DNA from: Candidatus Acidiferrales bacterium
GTDB taxonomy: Bacteria; Acidobacteriota; Terriglobia; Acidiferrales; UBA7541
Direction of reading: 5' to 3'
NCBI GenBank assembly: GCA_035258565.1
Contig: DATFXF010000279.1
Location: 1 to 46,756 of the forward strand
Length of the DNA stretch: 46,756 nucleotides
The translations under genes and the position numbers were made by a program. This document shows positions 43,985-46,756 of this stretch, one piece after another. Position 1 is the first letter of the stretch, and every line of letters starts with the position of its first letter. The notes below the pieces were generated by a model. The model made no database searches, had not been told where the DNA came from, and saw nothing but the letters and a program-made list of their open reading frames with translations.

Positions 43985-45285
43985 CTTTGTTGCCCCCAGA
44001 TCGATTTGCGCGCCTGGCTGCACTGCGGCCCGCCCGGAAGCACGAGCCGGTAGCTCCAGAATCGACGCGGGAGAGCGCCGCCGAACCAGACGCTCTCCTC
44101 GGCTTGCTCGGTGCCAGGGTCAAGCGAAACCGTTACGGCGAGCACCTCGAGGTGCGGCAGTGGTTTTCGAGGCCTGAGGCTTGCGCGCCAAGCGCGCCGG
44201 CGCTCGATCTGCTCCTGCGCGAAAAACCGGAGCACGCCCTGGACCCGACCGAGTGGCTCTTTCTCGACACGGAAACTACCGGTTTGGCGGGTGGGACAGG
44301 CACTTACGCGTTTCTGGTGGGCCTGGCTTGGTGGGAGGCGGGTGGACTCGAAGTGGAACAACTCTTCATGCGCGACCACGGCGAAGAGCACTCACTGCTC
44401 CTCGAGCTCTCGCGTCGGATGGGCGAGCGGCGTGTGCTCGTCACCTTCAACGGCAAGAGCTTTGATTGGCCGCTGCTCGAAACGCGTTTTCGCATGACCC
44501 GCGCTATCCCACCGCGGCTACCTCGGACGCACCTCGACCTGCTGCATCCGGCGCGGCAGCTCTGGCGGTTGCGCCTGGGCTCAGTGCGCCTGAGAGAGCT
44601 CGAGCGACACGTGCTCGGGCGAGATGGGGTATCGCTCGGCTGGAGCCGCCAGGACGACATTGATTCCGCGCTCATCCCCCAGATCTACTTCGACTATCTC
44701 CACAGCGGGCGGCCGGAGTCGCTTGTCGCTGTCTTCCGGCACAACCAGATGGACCTACGCGGCCTGGCCGCGCTCGCTGGAAGGATCCTCGCGCTCCTCG
44801 GCGAGCCAGAGGCTTTTGCGCGCGCCACAGCGGACGTGCTCGAACTTTACGGGCTCTCGCGGCTGCTCGGGCGTTCGGGCAATGCACGAGAGGCGCGGCG
44901 GCTCTACGAGCGCGCGCTCCAGGCGGGCCTGCCCGGGGAAGTGGACCGCGCCGCGCGCCGCGAGCTCGCAGTCCTCGCCAAGCGTGAGCGCGACTACGCC
45001 CGCGCGACCTCGCTTTGGGAAGACCTGATCTCGGGCTCGAACGACGGCCTCGAGGCCTACGAACAGTTGGCCATCTACCACGAGCACCATGCCCGCCAGC
45101 CCACACGCGCCGCTGAGTTCACCCGCCGGGCGCTTGCCGCCCTCGGGAGAGCGCGTCGCGCAGGTTTGATCGAACCTGCCCGCTGCCGTAGCTTCCAGGC
45201 GCGCCTCGAGCACCGTTTGGCGCGGCTGGCCCGCATCACACAGCCGCCGAAGCATCGCTCTCTCCTCGAGCCTCCACCTCCCTGA
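43981..45285 (+). CDS. mrfB: MrfB/YprB-like RNase H-fold (DEDDh) exonuclease with C-terminal TPR-like repeats
   Basis: FLDTETTGL, FNGKSFDWPLL and HNQMDLRGL exonuclease motifs. TPR-like helical C-terminus. The GTG start overlaps the helicase TGA (GTGA). Confidence 0.75.
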   Translation: MTLLPPDRFARLAALRPARKHEPVAPESTRESAAEPDALLGLLGARVKRNRYGEHLEVRQWFSRPEACAPSAPALDLLLREKPEHALDPTEWLFLDTETTGLAGGTGTYAFLVGLAWWEAGGLEVEQLFMRDHGEEHSLLLELSRRMGERRVLVTFNGKSFDWPLLETRFRMTRAIPPRLPRTHLDLLHPARQLWRLRLGSVRLRELERHVLGRDGVSLGWSRQDDIDSALIPQIYFDYLHSGRPESLVAVFRHNQMDLRGLAALAGRILALLGEPEAFARATADVLELYGLSRLLGRSGNAREARRLYERALQAGLPGEVDRAARRELAVLAKRERDYARATSLWEDLISGSNDGLEAYEQLAIYHEHHARQPTRAAEFTRRALAALGRARRAGLIEPARCRSFQARLEHRLARLARITQPPKHRSLLEPPPP

Positions 45286-45352
45286 AACTCAATGCAGGGT
45301 GGATGAATCGAATGAGAATCACACCAAATGCTTGACCGACGGGAGAAAGCCT

Positions 45353-46339
45353 ATGGCCAAAGTCGAGAATGATTTCCTCCGCAACCAGCTACAGGAACGC
45401 CGACAAAAACTCGAAGCCGCCCTGGCCGTTCCAGCGGAAAATCAGGCGCTCGCCGAGTTGTTGCAGGAAGTGGATTCGGCACTTGAACGCATGGGGCAGG
45501 GCACCTACGGCATCTGCGAGACGTGCCACGAATCGATCGAACCGGGACGATTGATCGCCGACCCACTTGTCCGCTACTGCCTCGACCATCTCTCGGAAGC
45601 ACAGCAGCGCGCACTCGAGCGCGACCTCGAACTGGCGGCGCAGATCCAGCGGGCCCTGCTTCCTCCAACCGACCTGCGCGTGCCCGGCTGGCAGATCCAT
45701 TACCACTATGAGCCCGCCGGGCCGGTGAGCGGTGATTACTGCGACGTGATCCATTCTGAACACGGCGCAGGAAATCTTCATTTCGTCCTGGGAGATGTCT
45801 CCGGTAAGGGCGTGGCTGCGTCCATGGTGATGAGCCAGCTCCACGCGATGTTCCGCAGTCTGACCCGCGTGGGCCTGCCGCTCGAGCAACTGCTCGGCCT
45901 GGCGAATCGCTTGTTCTGCGAAAGCACAATGGCCGGGCTTTACGCGACACTGGTATGCGGCCGGGCAACCGGCGCTGGCGAAGTGGAACTCTCGAATGCC
46001 GGGCATCTGCCGGCGCTCCTTGTGCACAATGGCGAAGTCGCTTCGATCGAAGCCACCGGTCTGCCGCTCGGGATGTTCTGCGACGGGCAATACTCGGTGA
46101 AAAGATTGAACCTGGAGAAGGGTGACAGCCTTTTTTTCTACACCGACGGAGTTTCAGAGACGCGCGATCCGTCCGGGGTGGAATACGGCTTGGCACGCCT
46201 AGCACAGTTCGTCAAACAGTGTGGCGGGCTTCGTCCGGAGGGTCTGACCTCTTCCTGCCTCGCAGAGCTAACAGCGTTTGCCTCCGGCACGCCGAGGAGT
46301 GACGACCTGACCATCCTGGTCCTCCGCCGGGCAGACTAG
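45353..46339 (+). CDS. DksA/TraR-type zinc-finger domain fused to a PP2C/SpoIIE-family phosphatase domain
   Basis: An N-terminal coiled coil plus CETC-x17-CLDH (C-x2-C-x17-C-x2-H). The C-terminus has SGDYCDV, FVLGDVSGKGVAASMVM, YTDGVSE and DDLTILVLR PP2C/SpoIIE motifs. ATG 45353 is preceded by GGGAG. Confidence 0.75.
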   Translation: MAKVENDFLRNQLQERRQKLEAALAVPAENQALAELLQEVDSALERMGQGTYGICETCHESIEPGRLIADPLVRYCLDHLSEAQQRALERDLELAAQIQRALLPPTDLRVPGWQIHYHYEPAGPVSGDYCDVIHSEHGAGNLHFVLGDVSGKGVAASMVMSQLHAMFRSLTRVGLPLEQLLGLANRLFCESTMAGLYATLVCGRATGAGEVELSNAGHLPALLVHNGEVASIEATGLPLGMFCDGQYSVKRLNLEKGDSLFFYTDGVSETRDPSGVEYGLARLAQFVKQCGGLRPEGLTSSCLAELTAFASGTPRSDDLTILVLRRAD

Positions 46340-46363
46340 CTCGGTCGCTCGGAGATTATTCAT

Positions 46364-46756
46364 TTGACGCACGTTGAGACAATCCGGCTGTTTCCGAAGG
46401 AGCGGGTTGGACTGCTCGCCTATCTGGAGCGGTTCAACGCCGCCTGCGATTGGTTGTCCGCTATTGCTTTCCGGGAAGGATTGTGGCACTGGTTGCCCCT
46501 TCAGCGGCGTACCTACCCGGAGCTGCGGGGGAAGTTCCAACTCTCATCTGCCGCTGCGCTGGTGGCCATCCGCAAGGTGGCCTCCGCTTACAAAAACAAG
46601 AGCCGACGCACAACGGAAGCTCGCTTCCACCCCCGCGGAGCCATCCCGGTGTACAGGCATAGTTACAAACGCGACGGGACGGCGAGCCTATACGGGATGC
46701 GGGTTCCGTTCGCCGCCAGGCGCGACGTGGTTCTGAGCGGCAAGAAGCAGGCGGTT
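46364..46756 (+). mobile_element. TnpB-like (IS200/IS605 OrfB family) protein, N-terminal 131 codons, open to the right window edge and absent from the ORF track
   Basis: The TTG 46364 frame reads (M)THVETIRLFPKERVGLLAYLERFNAACDWLSAIAFREGLWHWLPLQRRTYPELRGKFQLSSAAALVAIRKVASAYKNKSRRTTEARFHPRGAIPVY...SLYGMRVPF with no stop. The pattern T.xL.P....L......FN.AC..........L....Y..R....L.S......I.KV..AYK......F.P.GA is the N-terminal signature of one TnpB subfamily as I recall it. GGAG lies 9 nt upstream. Confidence 0.55.

Overview
High-GC bacterial chromosomal window. Gene content looks Acidobacteriota-like, but that is inference only. I support about 50 features.

Left third (1-17 kb), mostly housekeeping:
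- A 4.5S/SRP RNA hidden upstream of dnaX, followed by dnaX-ybaB-recR.
- A giant PilZ-like helical-repeat protein.
- Three uncharacterised genes translationally coupled to a heterodimeric ABC exporter.
- lpxB.
- A secreted M1-aminopeptidase homologue that has lost its zinc and GAMEN motifs.

Middle (17.1-33.9 kb), the most interesting part: every gene is on the minus strand, mostly with 0-47 nt gaps or 4-nt overlaps. The cluster is TetR-headed and acts on CoA thioesters. It contains:
- a 4-hydroxybenzoyl-CoA-reductase-like Mo/FAD/FeS enzyme in the order 2Fe-2S, Mo, FAD, where the FAD subunit carries an extra Cys-rich insertion;
- a short BoxB-like diiron epoxidase;
- a PaaG-like isomerase that lacks both crotonase glutamates;
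- two canonical enoyl-CoA hydratases, an aldehyde dehydrogenase and a 3-hydroxyacyl-CoA dehydrogenase;
- a split GctAB-like CoA-transferase;
- a diiron ferritin-like protein coupled to an amidohydrolase;
- an embedded Mug-type DNA glycosylase.
No reductase partner, thiolase or CoA ligase is visible in the window. I read this as a candidate undescribed hybrid aromatic-acid pathway (inference).

Right third:
- An ECF sigma factor with a soluble ZAS anti-sigma factor.
- An ornithine cyclodeaminase family protein, DoxX, and zinc-ribbon membrane proteins.
- An orphan fused E1 alpha/beta 2-oxoacid dehydrogenase.
- An MrfA/MrfB-like helicase-exonuclease pair.
- A DksA-type zinc-finger/PP2C fusion.
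- A TnpB-like ORF running off the right edge and absent from the ORF track.

No CRISPR array, tRNA or rRNA was seen. Many long antisense ORFs in the track are high-GC artefacts. All homology calls come from motif recognition by eye, not from searches.
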